64,000 nucleotides of DNA from Planctomycetota bacterium (GTDB taxonomy: Bacteria; Planctomycetota; UBA1135; UBA2386), in the NCBI GenBank assembly GCA_965228735.1, contig OZ245838.1, positions 832,001 to 896,000 on the forward strand, given 5' to 3'. Below, one piece after another: positions 39,832 through 49,485 of this stretch; position 1 is the stretch's first letter; each line of letters opens with the position of its first letter. Below the pieces are notes generated by a model, which ran no database searches, was not told the origin of the DNA, and worked only from the letters and a program-made list of their open reading frames with translations. Position numbers and translations under genes: made by a program.

Positions 39832-42243
39832 ATGCCGACCATCCGCCGCGCCGTTCCATTCGTCGTCGCCGCCGCCCTCGCGGGCGCGGTGGCCTCTCCG
39901 CTCGCGAGTCAGTCGGGCTGGCAGCTGCCGCCCGAACCGATCCGCAAGGTCGCCGAGGCGCCCGGGGCGCCGGGTGCGAGCCTGTCGCCGGGCAAGACGT
40001 GGCTCGTGCTCACCGAACGCGAGCCGATGCCCCGACTCGAGGTGATCGCGCGGCCGCACCTCAAGCTCGCTGGCATGCGCATCGATCCGGTGACGCGCGG
40101 ACGGCAGCTGTCGACGCGCACGATGAGCATCACGCTGCGGTCGGTCGCGGACGGCACCGAACGCCGGGTCGACGTGCCCGCAGGGCATTGGTCGGCGCCG
40201 ATGTGGACCGCGGACGACCGCGCCTATGCGCTGTTGCAGCGCACCGACGCCGGCACCGAGCTGTGGATCGCCGAGCCGGCGACGGCTGCGCCTAAGAAGG
40301 TGGAGGGCCTCGTGCTCAACGCCGTGCTCGGGGCTGCCGCGCTGTGGCTGCCCGACCAACGCCGGTTGCTCGTGCGGCGCGCGACGGACGCCGAGATGCC
40401 GATGCGGCCGCGCACGCCGGCCGGACCGCGGATCCAGGAGACGCGCACCGGCGTGAAGGCGCAGGTTCGCACCTACCAGGACCTGCTGCAGGACGCCTAC
40501 GACGAGGAGCTGTTCGAGCACTTCTGCACGTCGCAGCTGGCGGTCGTGGACGCGGTGAGCCGCGAGGTGACGAACTTGGGCGAACCCGCGATGTTCGACA
40601 GCGTGTCGGTCTCACCCGATGGCTCGCTGCTGCTCGTCGAGACGGTGCACCGCCCGTTCAGCTTCGTCGTGCCCGCGAGCCGGTTCCCGCGCAAGACCGC
40701 GGTCTGGGACTTCGACGGCAACCTGCGTCGGGTCATGCACAGCTCGCCCCTGCGCGAGGCGATCCCGATCGGCGGCGTCGCGACGGGGCCGCGCGGCATC
40801 GGTTGGGTCGCGACGCTGCCGCACACGCTGACGTGGAGCGAGGCGCTCGATGGCGGTGATCCCAAGAAGCCGGCGGAGAAGCGCGACCGGACGATGATGC
40901 TCAGCGGCGTCGACGCCGAGCCGCGGCCGTGGTTCGACACCGAGTACCGCAGCTGGGGCATGTCCGTGGCGAGCTCCGGCGACCTGGCGCTGAGCAACGA
41001 ATACGACCGCAAGACCAAGATGATGCGGGTCACGGCCTACGATCCGCGCGATCCGAGCAAACCGGGGCGCGTGCTGTACGAGCGTTCTCGGCTCGATGCC
41101 TACGGCGACCCGGGCTCGCCGGTGTCCGAACGGCTCGCGACCGGCCGCAGCGCGTTGCGCTGTCGCGATGGGCAGCTCTTCCTGTCGGGCAGCGGCGCGT
41201 CGCCGCAGGGCAACCGGCCGTTCCTCGACCGGTGGGACGTCAGCAGCGGCCAGAAGCAGCGCCTCTTCCAGTGCACTGAAGGCCGCTACGAGACGTTCGT
41301 CGACTTCCTCGACGACAGCCAGCAGCGCCTGCTCGTGCGCACGGAGTCGCCGACCGACCCGCCCAAGCTCATCGTCGTCGATGCGCGGACCGGCGCGCGC
41401 GAGGACTTCCTCGAGTTTCCGGACACGACGGCCGAGTTCACGAAGGGTATCACGAAACGCCTGATCCAATTCGAGCGCGAGGACGGCGTGCCGCTGTCCG
41501 GCACGCTCTACCTGCCGCCCGACCATCAGGAAGGTCAGAAGTTGCCCGCGCTCGTTTGGGCCTACCCGCGGGAGTACGTGCGCAAGAGCGACGCGGGTCA
41601 GGTGCGCGCGACGCCGACCCGCTACACGCGGATGAGCGGCAGCTCGCACCTCTTCCTGCTGCTGCACGGCTACGCCGTGTTCGACCGCACCGCCATGCCG
41701 ATCGTCGGGCCGTCACGCGGCGCGAACGACACGTTCGTCGAGCAGCTGCGGATGAACGCGCGCGCGGCGATCAAGGCGCTCGGCGACACCGGGCAGATCG
41801 ACACGGACCGCGTTGCGCTGGGCGGCCACAGCTACGGTGCGTTCATGACCGCGAACCTCATGGCGCACTCCGACCTGTTCGCGGCCGGCATCGCGCGGTC
41901 GGGCGCCTACAACCGCACGCTCACGCCGTTCGGCTTCCAGAACGAAGAACGCACGTTCTGGGAGGCGCCCGAGATCTACTTCGCGATGTCGCCGTTCATG
42001 CACGCGCACAAGATCGACGAGCCGCTGCTGCTGATCCACGGCGCGGACGACAACAACTCCGGCACGTTCCCGATCCAGAGCAAGCGGCTGTTCGCGGCGA
42101 TCAAGGGGCACGGCGGCACGGCGCGTCTGTGCTTCCTGCCGCACGAGAGTCACGGCTACCGCGCGCGCGAGAGCGTCCTGCAGTGCCTCGCCGAGATGTG
42201 CAACTGGATGGACACGCACGTGAAGGGTAAGAGCGGCGACTGA
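39832..42243 (+). CDS. S9 family serine peptidase (glutamyl endopeptidase-like), secreted
   Basis: GGHSYGAFMTANL, RSGAYNRTLTPFGFQ, DDNNSGT, ESH; signal peptide. Confidence 0.92.
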   Translation: MPTIRRAVPFVVAAALAGAVASPLASQSGWQLPPEPIRKVAEAPGAPGASLSPGKTWLVLTEREPMPRLEVIARPHLKLAGMRIDPVTRGRQLSTRTMSITLRSVADGTERRVDVPAGHWSAPMWTADDRAYALLQRTDAGTELWIAEPATAAPKKVEGLVLNAVLGAAALWLPDQRRLLVRRATDAEMPMRPRTPAGPRIQETRTGVKAQVRTYQDLLQDAYDEELFEHFCTSQLAVVDAVSREVTNLGEPAMFDSVSVSPDGSLLLVETVHRPFSFVVPASRFPRKTAVWDFDGNLRRVMHSSPLREAIPIGGVATGPRGIGWVATLPHTLTWSEALDGGDPKKPAEKRDRTMMLSGVDAEPRPWFDTEYRSWGMSVASSGDLALSNEYDRKTKMMRVTAYDPRDPSKPGRVLYERSRLDAYGDPGSPVSERLATGRSALRCRDGQLFLSGSGASPQGNRPFLDRWDVSSGQKQRLFQCTEGRYETFVDFLDDSQQRLLVRTESPTDPPKLIVVDARTGAREDFLEFPDTTAEFTKGITKRLIQFEREDGVPLSGTLYLPPDHQEGQKLPALVWAYPREYVRKSDAGQVRATPTRYTRMSGSSHLFLLLHGYAVFDRTAMPIVGPSRGANDTFVEQLRMNARAAIKALGDTGQIDTDRVALGGHSYGAFMTANLMAHSDLFAAGIARSGAYNRTLTPFGFQNEERTFWEAPEIYFAMSPFMHAHKIDEPLLLIHGADDNNSGTFPIQSKRLFAAIKGHGGTARLCFLPHESHGYRARESVLQCLAEMCNWMDTHVKGKSGD

Positions 42244-42310
42244 CGCCGCTCGCCGACCGCCGGGCGCGCGCGGCCGCGCGGCGCCACAGCGGCACGCCAT
42301 ACCGGCAGCG

Positions 42311-43675
42311 CTACACCGGCGGCAGTTCGAAGCCGCGCCGGTAGTCCTTGCCGATCCAGCTCTGCGCTTCGTTGTTGTTGGTGATGCGCATGAGCTCCGA
42401 GTTCCACTCGAGGCGCTCGCCCGCGCGCATCGCGATGTTGCCGAGGAGCATCGCCTCGGTGAACGGCGCCGCGTAGTCGAAGTTGGCCATCGGCTGCACG
42501 CCGTTCCTGATCCCGGCGAGCCATTCCTCATGGATGCCCGGCGATCGCGGCAGGAACGGCTGCGGCTTGTCGAAGCCCTCGAACTTCTCCTTCGGGTAGA
42601 GGTCGAAGCGCTCGCCGTAGTCGGTCGGCGAGTAGAGCTGCCCCTCGGTGCCGATCAGCAGGAAGCCGCCGTTCGCGAACTTCACGCCGGGCAGCTTCTC
42701 GGGCGCTGGTTTCCGGCCGCCGTCGTACCACGTGAACTCGACCGGGCCGCGCCGGCCGCGCCGCGGGAAGCCGTAGCGGATCGTCGACTGGTTCGGGAAC
42801 GTCTCGTCGTTCCTCTCCGACGTGTCGGCCTCGATCCAGTCGGGGGCGTCGAGCTCGAGCGCGAAGAACGGCAGGTTGGCGACGTGACACGCCATGTCAC
42901 CGAGCGCGCCCGTGCCGTAGTCCCACCAGCCGCGCCAGTGGAACGGCGCGTAGCCCGAGAACCCCGAGTCCTTGCGGCCCTTAGCAAAGGGCCGCCAAGG
43001 TGCCGGGCCGAGCCAGAGGTCCCAGCGGAACGAGCTCGGAATCGCGTCGATGTGAGTCGGGCGGCCGATGCCCTGCGGCCAGACCGGGCGGTTGGTCCAG
43101 ACGTGCACTTCCTTGACCTCGCCGATCACGCCCGCGCGGATGCACTCGGCCGCGGACCGGAAGCCGTCGAGGCAGGTGCCCTGGTTGCCCATCGAGGTGA
43201 TGACGCCGCTCTTGATCGCCGCGGCCTGCAGCAGGCGCGCTTCCTGCACCGTGTGCGTGAGCGGCTTCTGGACGAACGTGTGCATCCCGAGCGCCATCGC
43301 CGTCAGCGCGGGGCCCGCGTGGCTGTGGTCGGGCGTGCTGACCGTGACCGCGTCGAGCTTTTCGCGGTCGAGCATGTCGCGCCAATCCTCGTAGAACGGC
43401 GCCTCGGGATGGTCCTTGCGCGCATTCGCGGCCTTGCCATGGTCGACGTCGCAGAGCGCGACGATGTCGTGCTCCTTGGCGCACGCCCGCATGTCGCTGA
43501 GGCCCTTGCCGCCGCAGCCGATGATCCCGATGCGCAGCCGCTCGTTCGGCGAACGTGGTCGGTGGCCCATGGCTCGGCGATTCTGGGCGCGGGCGGGCGA
43601 GCCGCTCAGGGCGGCCGCGCCGGCGCTGGCGGCGGAGGCGAGGAGAAACTCACGGCGGGACGAGCCTCTGGTCAT
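42311..43675 (-). CDS. Tat-exported Gfo/Idh/MocA oxidoreductase
   Basis: SRREFL; GCGGKG; STPDH; QKP; WRGWWDYGTGALGDMACH. Confidence 0.93.
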   Translation of the reverse strand: MTRGSSRREFLLASAASAGAAALSGSPARAQNRRAMGHRPRSPNERLRIGIIGCGGKGLSDMRACAKEHDIVALCDVDHGKAANARKDHPEAPFYEDWRDMLDREKLDAVTVSTPDHSHAGPALTAMALGMHTFVQKPLTHTVQEARLLQAAAIKSGVITSMGNQGTCLDGFRSAAECIRAGVIGEVKEVHVWTNRPVWPQGIGRPTHIDAIPSSFRWDLWLGPAPWRPFAKGRKDSGFSGYAPFHWRGWWDYGTGALGDMACHVANLPFFALELDAPDWIEADTSERNDETFPNQSTIRYGFPRRGRRGPVEFTWYDGGRKPAPEKLPGVKFANGGFLLIGTEGQLYSPTDYGERFDLYPKEKFEGFDKPQPFLPRSPGIHEEWLAGIRNGVQPMANFDYAAPFTEAMLLGNIAMRAGERLEWNSELMRITNNNEAQSWIGKDYRRGFELPPV

Positions 43676-43714
43676 GGCGCAGAGGATAGCCCGCCCGCGA
43701 CGGACGGCGACGGG

Positions 43715-45217
43715 CTACTTCTTCTTCGGCGGCATGTGCGGCTCGCGGCCGTGCTCGATGAGCTTCCAGCGGTCGCCGTAGAGGAAGTCCGGCGACTGCT
43801 CGAAGTCGTGGCACTCCGCGCACATCTCGGACGGCAGTGCGCCGCCGATGATGCCGAGGGGGTTCTTCTCGGGGCCGAGCATCACGTGGGCACTGCCGGG
43901 ACCGTGGCAGCGCTCGCAGCCGACGTCGAGCAGCTGCGGCGTCTTCACCGCGTCGATGAAGCCGCTCTCCTCGCCGTAGCCGACGACGTGGCACGACACG
44001 CAGTCCGGATACTCGGTGACGGGCCAGCCATAGCGTTTGGGGTCCTGCTCCGCGTCGACGAGCGTCTGCCACGCGTGGGCGTGCTTGGTCTTCTGCCAGG
44101 CGGCGTAGGCAGTCGGGTGGCAGTTTGCGCAGGTCTGCGAACCCATGTACCGGTTGCCGCTCTTGGTCGGCCGCCGCTCCGCGAGCTTCTGCAGGATGTC
44201 GTCCGCGGCGACCTGCTCCCGGTGCTGCAGCAGCATCGTCTTGACGTCGGGGTCACCGCCGCCGCCCGCGACGGTCTTGCTCGCCGGCAGGGGGACCGGC
44301 GTGTAGCCGATGCTGGGGCCATCCGCGGTGCGCGCGAGCGTCAGTTCGAGCAACACCCGTCCACGGATGCCGGCGAAGACGAGCGGCACACCCGCGACCG
44401 TTTCGGGCTGCGCCGCCGGTTCGCTGTGGGTCTGATCGAAGCTCACGACGAGGTCGGGAGCGGGCGCCAGCTGCGGGATGAGCTCGCGCGCCGCGGCGTC
44501 CGTGCCGTGATGCATCAGGATGCGGAGCGTCGAATCCGCGGCGCCGGCCATCGCGCCCTGCCAGGCCTCGACGGGCGGCACGAGCGCGAACGGCAGCTTC
44601 GCGGCGTCCGCGCCGCGCTCGGGCAGCGCACCGGTGAACGACGCGACCCGCACCGTGTGCTCGCGCACCGTCTTCTCGAGGAACGGCAGTCCCGGCCACT
44701 CCGTCATCGTCGACACGAGGTCCGACGTCACGGTCGGCACCATCGTCAGGTAGGCGGCCCACTCGTCGAGCTCCAGCAGCAGGTCGTTCGGGCCGACGCC
44801 GAGGGCGTCGTAGCCGGGGGGCATCATGAGCACCTGCAGCGCGGTGAAGCCCTTGAGCATGTCGAGCTCGGTCGCGCCCTGCACGATGTTGCCGCCCTCG
44901 AGCAACAGGTCGTAGTCGCGCTGCTCGCCGATGTGCTGCATGCGGCGCGGCAGCCCGCCGAGCTGGCCGCTCGCGCAGCCGCACGGCTCGAGTCGGCCCT
45001 GCATCGAACCGGAAACGAGGATCTTCACGCGGTCACCGGCCGGCAGCGGTGCGGCACCGCCCTGCGGGTCCTGCGGGGCGTCGTTCCGAGGGGCCCGTGA
45101 GCCGTTGGTGACGGGGCCTGCGTCGCGCGGCGCCTCCTTGCACTGGGTCGTCGTTGCGATGACCGTGCCGAGACCGAGGGCGAACAGAACAGCAGGCAGC
45201 GGCGAGAGACGTGTCAT
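43715..45217 (-). CDS. Tetraheme cytochrome c (c554-like) fused to an UshA-like CxC domain
   Basis: Four CxxCH motifs (CANCH, CVSCH, CERCH, CAECH); N-terminal GRLEPCGC..GQLGGLPRR; signal peptide. Confidence 0.88.
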   Translation of the reverse strand: MTRLSPLPAVLFALGLGTVIATTTQCKEAPRDAGPVTNGSRAPRNDAPQDPQGGAAPLPAGDRVKILVSGSMQGRLEPCGCASGQLGGLPRRMQHIGEQRDYDLLLEGGNIVQGATELDMLKGFTALQVLMMPPGYDALGVGPNDLLLELDEWAAYLTMVPTVTSDLVSTMTEWPGLPFLEKTVREHTVRVASFTGALPERGADAAKLPFALVPPVEAWQGAMAGAADSTLRILMHHGTDAAARELIPQLAPAPDLVVSFDQTHSEPAAQPETVAGVPLVFAGIRGRVLLELTLARTADGPSIGYTPVPLPASKTVAGGGGDPDVKTMLLQHREQVAADDILQKLAERRPTKSGNRYMGSQTCANCHPTAYAAWQKTKHAHAWQTLVDAEQDPKRYGWPVTEYPDCVSCHVVGYGEESGFIDAVKTPQLLDVGCERCHGPGSAHVMLGPEKNPLGIIGGALPSEMCAECHDFEQSPDFLYGDRWKLIEHGREPHMPPKKK

Positions 45218-45250
45218 GCGGGGGATCGTGGGCGGCCGGCCGGACCGGTA

Positions 45251-46447
45251 TCAGGCATCGAACAGGATGAGCGCGACATCGAGCGTGCGGTCCTCGGCGT
45301 CGGTGGGGCCGACGACGACTTTGCCGCGGAACGGTTCGTCCAGTCCGCCGAGATAGCGGACGTACATGTAGCTGTGACGCTGCCGCCCGGGGACCGCCTC
45401 GAACCGGACCTCGAAGTGCTGAGCTGCGTCGTTGCCGTTCCGGTCGACGAGCTGTCGCACGCAGAACTCCGAACTCGTGCTCTCGTCGTGATTCGCGAGC
45501 AGGCGGTACTGTGCCGTCACCTCCGCTTCCTCCTGCGCGCGATCGAGCGGCGCGCGGAACGACAGCTTGGCCATCGGTGAGGCGACGAGGTCGGGCACGA
45601 CCTTCCACGTGACCGCGATGTTCACCGCGTAGTCCGGCAGGTCCGTGGCCACACTCACGATCGCGCGGGCGTTGCCGGGGGGGCCGGGGTGGCACGTCAA
45701 CCGCAGCTCGATCTGATCCGACTCGGTGCCGGTCGTGAGCTCCGCGGTGAGCTGCGGGTTGCTCGACCGCACGGGGCCGAACGTCACGTTCGGGTGGTTC
45801 TCGTCGCCGCTGAGGCGCAGCGGGATCGTCGGCGTGCGCGACTGCGGCACGGTCTCGAAATCGACCGCCGCGAACGGTTTGACCGTGACGGGGCAATCGA
45901 TGCCGAAGCGCAGGAGCAGCGGCCAGTGCACGCGTCGGAGCCCCGTGCGGTCGTCGACGGGCTGCAGCGTGACGAAGCCCTTGCTCGCGGTCTTCGGCAG
46001 GTCGACGGGGTCCTTCACGCGGGTCTCGAGCGTGATGCGGCAGATCAGGGTCTCGCCGGGGCGCTGCGCGTTCTCGGCCATCGGCCGCCCGTCGAGCAGC
46101 CGCTCGGTGCCGTCCGCGGCACGCAGCACGAGCTCCGGCCGACCACAGCCGCAATCGAGGCGGGTGCGAAGCGGGACGAACGGGCCACCCGCGAGCAGGC
46201 TCGTGTCGAGCACGAAGTCGTGGGTGCGGGTCTCACCGTGCGGTATCACGCCGAAGTCGTGCTCGACGGCGGGGGGAGTGCGCGGCCGCCCCTGCTGCAG
46301 GGGGCCGTCGGTCGGCGTCGCGGCGCCGACGGGCGGGGCCAGGCCCGTGCCGTCGTCGGACTCGCCCGAGCAGCCGGCCCCGACCAGGCAGCCGGATCCG
46401 AGAACCAGGGCAGCGGCGATCAGGGTGCGTCTCTCGTGGCGTGACAT
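45251..46447 (-). CDS. Lipoprotein with DUF1573-like Ig-fold domains
   Basis: Lipobox GAGC; HDFGVI..GE...HDF, CGC, PGE motifs. Confidence 0.7.
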   Translation of the reverse strand: MSRHERRTLIAAALVLGSGCLVGAGCSGESDDGTGLAPPVGAATPTDGPLQQGRPRTPPAVEHDFGVIPHGETRTHDFVLDTSLLAGGPFVPLRTRLDCGCGRPELVLRAADGTERLLDGRPMAENAQRPGETLICRITLETRVKDPVDLPKTASKGFVTLQPVDDRTGLRRVHWPLLLRFGIDCPVTVKPFAAVDFETVPQSRTPTIPLRLSGDENHPNVTFGPVRSSNPQLTAELTTGTESDQIELRLTCHPGPPGNARAIVSVATDLPDYAVNIAVTWKVVPDLVASPMAKLSFRAPLDRAQEEAEVTAQYRLLANHDESTSSEFCVRQLVDRNGNDAAQHFEVRFEAVPGRQRHSYMYVRYLGGLDEPFRGKVVVGPTDAEDRTLDVALILFDA

Positions 46448-46477
46448 GCCGGACGCATAGTAGCGGACGTCGGGGGC

Positions 46478-46548
46478 GCAACGAAAAGACTCGCGGCCGC
46501 CCTCGACCCAGTGCCGGGGGCGGCCGCGATTGGTTGCCAGAGTGTCCG
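46478..46548 (-). ncRNA. Candidate sigma54-dependent small RNA (or terminated leader)
   Basis: Lies between a -24/-12 promoter and a 12-bp hairpin with a U-rich tail; no ORF. Ends approximate. Confidence 0.45.
46481..46529 (-). terminator. Intrinsic terminator-like hairpin
   Basis: Perfect 12-bp inverted repeat, 46491-46502 and 46518-46529, followed on the minus strand by GUCUUUUCGU. Confidence 0.7.
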
Positions 46549-46558
46549 CCCGAGTAGA

Positions 46559-46575
46559 AGCAACGTGCGGGCCAG
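46559..46575 (-). promoter_or_regulatory. Sigma54 (-24/-12) promoter
   Basis: Minus strand reads CTGGCCCG-CACG-TTGCT, one mismatch to YTGGCACG-N4-TTGCW, with GG-N10-GC intact. Confidence 0.75.
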
Positions 46576-46676
46576 GCGATCAGGAAATCATGCGAGGTGT
46601 CATGGCCGCGATGGCAGCGCCGGAACGCGTTCTCGGCGGGCATCGGGGCGCCGGCGAACACCGGTGCAGGGATGCC

Positions 46677-46702
46677 CCACCATGGCGGCACTGCCATAGT
46701 GG
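46677..46702. promoter_or_regulatory. Palindromic candidate enhancer (bEBP binding site)
   Basis: CCACCATGGC-N6-GCCATAGTGG, about 100-130 bp upstream of the -24 box. Confidence 0.5.
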
Positions 46703-46740
46703 ATGCGCCATAGGGGGGGGGCGGTCCCGCGGGGCGCGTT

Positions 46741-48105
46741 CTACCCGAGCCGCTTCAGCTTGCGATGCAGCGTGGTGTAGTCGATCTGCAGCGCGCGGGC
46801 GGCGGCCGCCTTGTTGCCGTCGCAGGCCGCGAGCGTCTCGCGCAGGATGCGCGCCTCGAGTTCGGCGCTCGCCTGGCGGACGCGTTCGGCCAGCGCGAGC
46901 GTCGGATCCCCCGTCGCCATCGTGGTGGCTGGCGCTGCTTCCTCGATCTCGAGGTCGCTGGCGTCGAGCTCGGTCGAGCTGCACATCAGGACGGCGCGCC
47001 TGACCACGTTGCGCAGCTCGCGCAGATTGCCGGGCCAGCTCGCGCCCTCGAGCGTCGCGACCGCAGCGGCGGAGAAACCCTCGATCCGCCGGCCCATCTC
47101 GCCGTTGGCCTCGTCGAGGAACAGCTGCGCGAACGTCATCACGTCGCCCCGGCGCTCGCGCAGGGGCGGAAGCGCGATCTCGAATTCGGCGATGCGGTGG
47201 TAGAGATCGACGCGGAACTCACCGGCGTCGATCGCCTGCTGCAGCGATGCGTTCGTCGCGGCGACGAGTCGAGCGTCGAACGGCACCGGCTCGCTGCCGC
47301 CGACGGGCGTCACCTTGCGCTCCTGCAGCGCGCGCAGGAGTTTGGCCTGCAGCGTGAGCGGCAGGTTGCCGAGCTCGTCGAGGAAGAGCGTGCCGCCGTC
47401 GGCCATCGAGAACAGGCCCTGGCGGCTCTTGTCGGCGCCCGTGAACGCGCCCTTCTTGTGGCCGAAGAGCTGACTCTCGAGCAGCGGTTCGGGCAGCGCG
47501 CCGCAGTCGACCGCGACGAACGGGCCGTCCTTGACCGGCGACAGCGCGTGCACCGCGCGCGCCGCGACCTCCTTGCCGGTGCCGGACTCGCCGGTCAGCA
47601 GCACGGCGACCGACGTCTGGGGCGCGACGACTTCGATCTTCTGCCGCAGCTCGGTCGCAACCGGGCTCGTGCCGAACTCGCAATAGGCCTGCCCCGCGCT
47701 GCCCGACGAGCGCAGGCGTTGCACCTCGCGACGCAGCGCGTGCTGCTCGGCTGCGCGCTCGGCCGCGAGGAGCAACCGCGGCGCCTCGAACGGCTTGGCC
47801 TGGTAGTCGAACGCGCCGTCCTTGATCGCTTCGACGGCCGTCGCGATGTCCTCGACGGCGCTCAGCAGGATGACGGGCAGGTCGGGCTGCGACTGGCGCA
47901 GCGTCCGCAACAGCTCGGTGCCGGGCATGCCCGGCATGCGGACGTCCGTCAGGACGACGTCAGGGGTCCGATCGGCCACGCGATCGAGCGCGGTCTCGCC
48001 ATCCGGAGCTTCCGCCACTCGGAAGCCGGCGTCCTCGAACAGGCCACGCAGCATCCACCGCATGTCCGGCTCGTCGTCGACGATCAAGACGTGGCGGTCG
48101 GGCAT
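46741..48105 (-). CDS. Sigma54-dependent NtrC-family response regulator
   Basis: Receiver domain (VDDE, DVRMP, KP); [27 protein letters not shown]; Fis-type HTH. Confidence 0.95.
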   Translation of the reverse strand: MPDRHVLIVDDEPDMRWMLRGLFEDAGFRVAEAPDGETALDRVADRTPDVVLTDVRMPGMPGTELLRTLRQSQPDLPVILLSAVEDIATAVEAIKDGAFDYQAKPFEAPRLLLAAERAAEQHALRREVQRLRSSGSAGQAYCEFGTSPVATELRQKIEVVAPQTSVAVLLTGESGTGKEVAARAVHALSPVKDGPFVAVDCGALPEPLLESQLFGHKKGAFTGADKSRQGLFSMADGGTLFLDELGNLPLTLQAKLLRALQERKVTPVGGSEPVPFDARLVAATNASLQQAIDAGEFRVDLYHRIAEFEIALPPLRERRGDVMTFAQLFLDEANGEMGRRIEGFSAAAVATLEGASWPGNLRELRNVVRRAVLMCSSTELDASDLEIEEAAPATTMATGDPTLALAERVRQASAELEARILRETLAACDGNKAAAARALQIDYTTLHRKLKRLG

Positions 48106-49379
48106 GGTTCGAGCCTCTCGGTTTCGCGGTCGGTGGCAGACTCGTGCGTGCCGGCGCTCGCCATGAGCGGCGGGTCCGGGATCGCGGCGTCGGCGGGCAG
48201 CAGCAGCGCGACGCGGGCGCCGCCGTCGCGACGCGGGTAGATCGCGAGGCGCCCGCCGAGCTCGACGGCGATGCGGCGGCAGCTCCAGAGTCCGAGGCCC
48301 GTGCCGTCGGGCTTCGTCGTGTGGAACGGCACGAACTGCTCCATGCGGACCGGCTCCTTCACGCCTGCGCCGCGGTCCTCGACGGCGATCACCGTGCGTG
48401 GGGCGTCGGGCATGAACGAGACGCGGCGGATCCGGATCACGATCGTGCCGCTGCCGTTCGTGGCCTGCAGCGCGTTGAGCAGCAGGTTGAGCAGCGCCTG
48501 CGCGAAGAGCGCTGGGTCGACGTGCAGCGTCGCGACGGGCCCAGGCGCCTCGCGGCAGGTGAACTCGACCTGCTGGCGGCGCGCTTCGGCCTTCACCAGG
48601 TCGAGCACTTCGGCCACGGCGTCACGGGCCGGGACCGTCGACGTGCGATCGGCGAGCGGGCGGCCGAGATCGATCAGCGAGCTCAGCGTCGCGTTGGCCT
48701 TGTCGATGTTGCGCCGGATCACGTCGGTGTGCTCGGCGATCTCGGTCGGCGTGCGCGGCTTGCGGCACATCGACTCCGCGGTGCCGACGACGATCGTCAG
48801 CGGGTTGCGCAGGTCGTGCGCGATGCTCGCGGCGAGACCGCCGACGATGGCGCGGCGATCGGCTTCGACGAGCCGCTGCTCGAGTTCGCTGCGTTCGTGT
48901 TCGGCGGCGAGGCGTCCCGTGGTCTGCCGATCGAGGTCCCGGCGCAGCACGGCGTGGGCCTTCGCGACGTCCGGGATCCAGAGCATGAGTCCATAGGACA
49001 GCAGCGTGAGGCCGAGCAGGAACATCGCGCCGCGTTCGCACACCGCGCGCAGGTAGACGAACGCGGCGAGCTGCTCGTCGAGCGCGGTGAAGTGCACGAC
49101 GGCCGCGACGCTGAAGCCGAACCACAGCACGAAGAAGCCGGCGCAGATCAGCCGCATCGGCTGCCCATCGAACAGGCCGCGCCCGTGCGCCGACCGCGCG
49201 AAGAACCATAGCAGGAAGCCGAAGTAGGCCGGCAGGACCACGACCCGCAGCGCCTCGGGCGGCGAGGGCCACGCGAGCAGGATCGTGAGCAGCGTCAGCA
49301 GCGCGCAGCTCATCCGCGTGCCCGGCAACGCGGTCTCCCGCGCGCTCGGCAAGGCGGTGCGATCTTCTCGGCTTGCCAT
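48084..49379 (-). CDS. Membrane sensor histidine kinase
   Basis: About four TM helices; H box AHDLRNPL; NLLLNA; DRGAG; TTK..GTGLGL. Start 49379 or 49313. Confidence 0.9.
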   Translation of the reverse strand: MASREDRTALPSARETALPGTRMSCALLTLLTILLAWPSPPEALRVVVLPAYFGFLLWFFARSAHGRGLFDGQPMRLICAGFFVLWFGFSVAAVVHFTALDEQLAAFVYLRAVCERGAMFLLGLTLLSYGLMLWIPDVAKAHAVLRRDLDRQTTGRLAAEHERSELEQRLVEADRRAIVGGLAASIAHDLRNPLTIVVGTAESMCRKPRTPTEIAEHTDVIRRNIDKANATLSSLIDLGRPLADRTSTVPARDAVAEVLDLVKAEARRQQVEFTCREAPGPVATLHVDPALFAQALLNLLLNALQATNGSGTIVIRIRRVSFMPDAPRTVIAVEDRGAGVKEPVRMEQFVPFHTTKPDGTGLGLWSCRRIAVELGGRLAIYPRRDGGARVALLLPADAAIPDPPLMASAGTHESATDRETERLEPCPTATS

Positions 49380-49485
49380 CGGCCGAACTATCGGCCCGAC
49401 GGTCGGCCGGACTTGCCCGGATCGCCGGCTGCGCGCCCAGCGCAATTGACCCGACTGCGCGCCGAGCCCGATCGCCGCCGGGGAT

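Noticed and set aside
44965..44995. Third selenoprotein at the UshA-like CxU site
   Set aside because: The codons read TGC GGC TGC, the Cys form.
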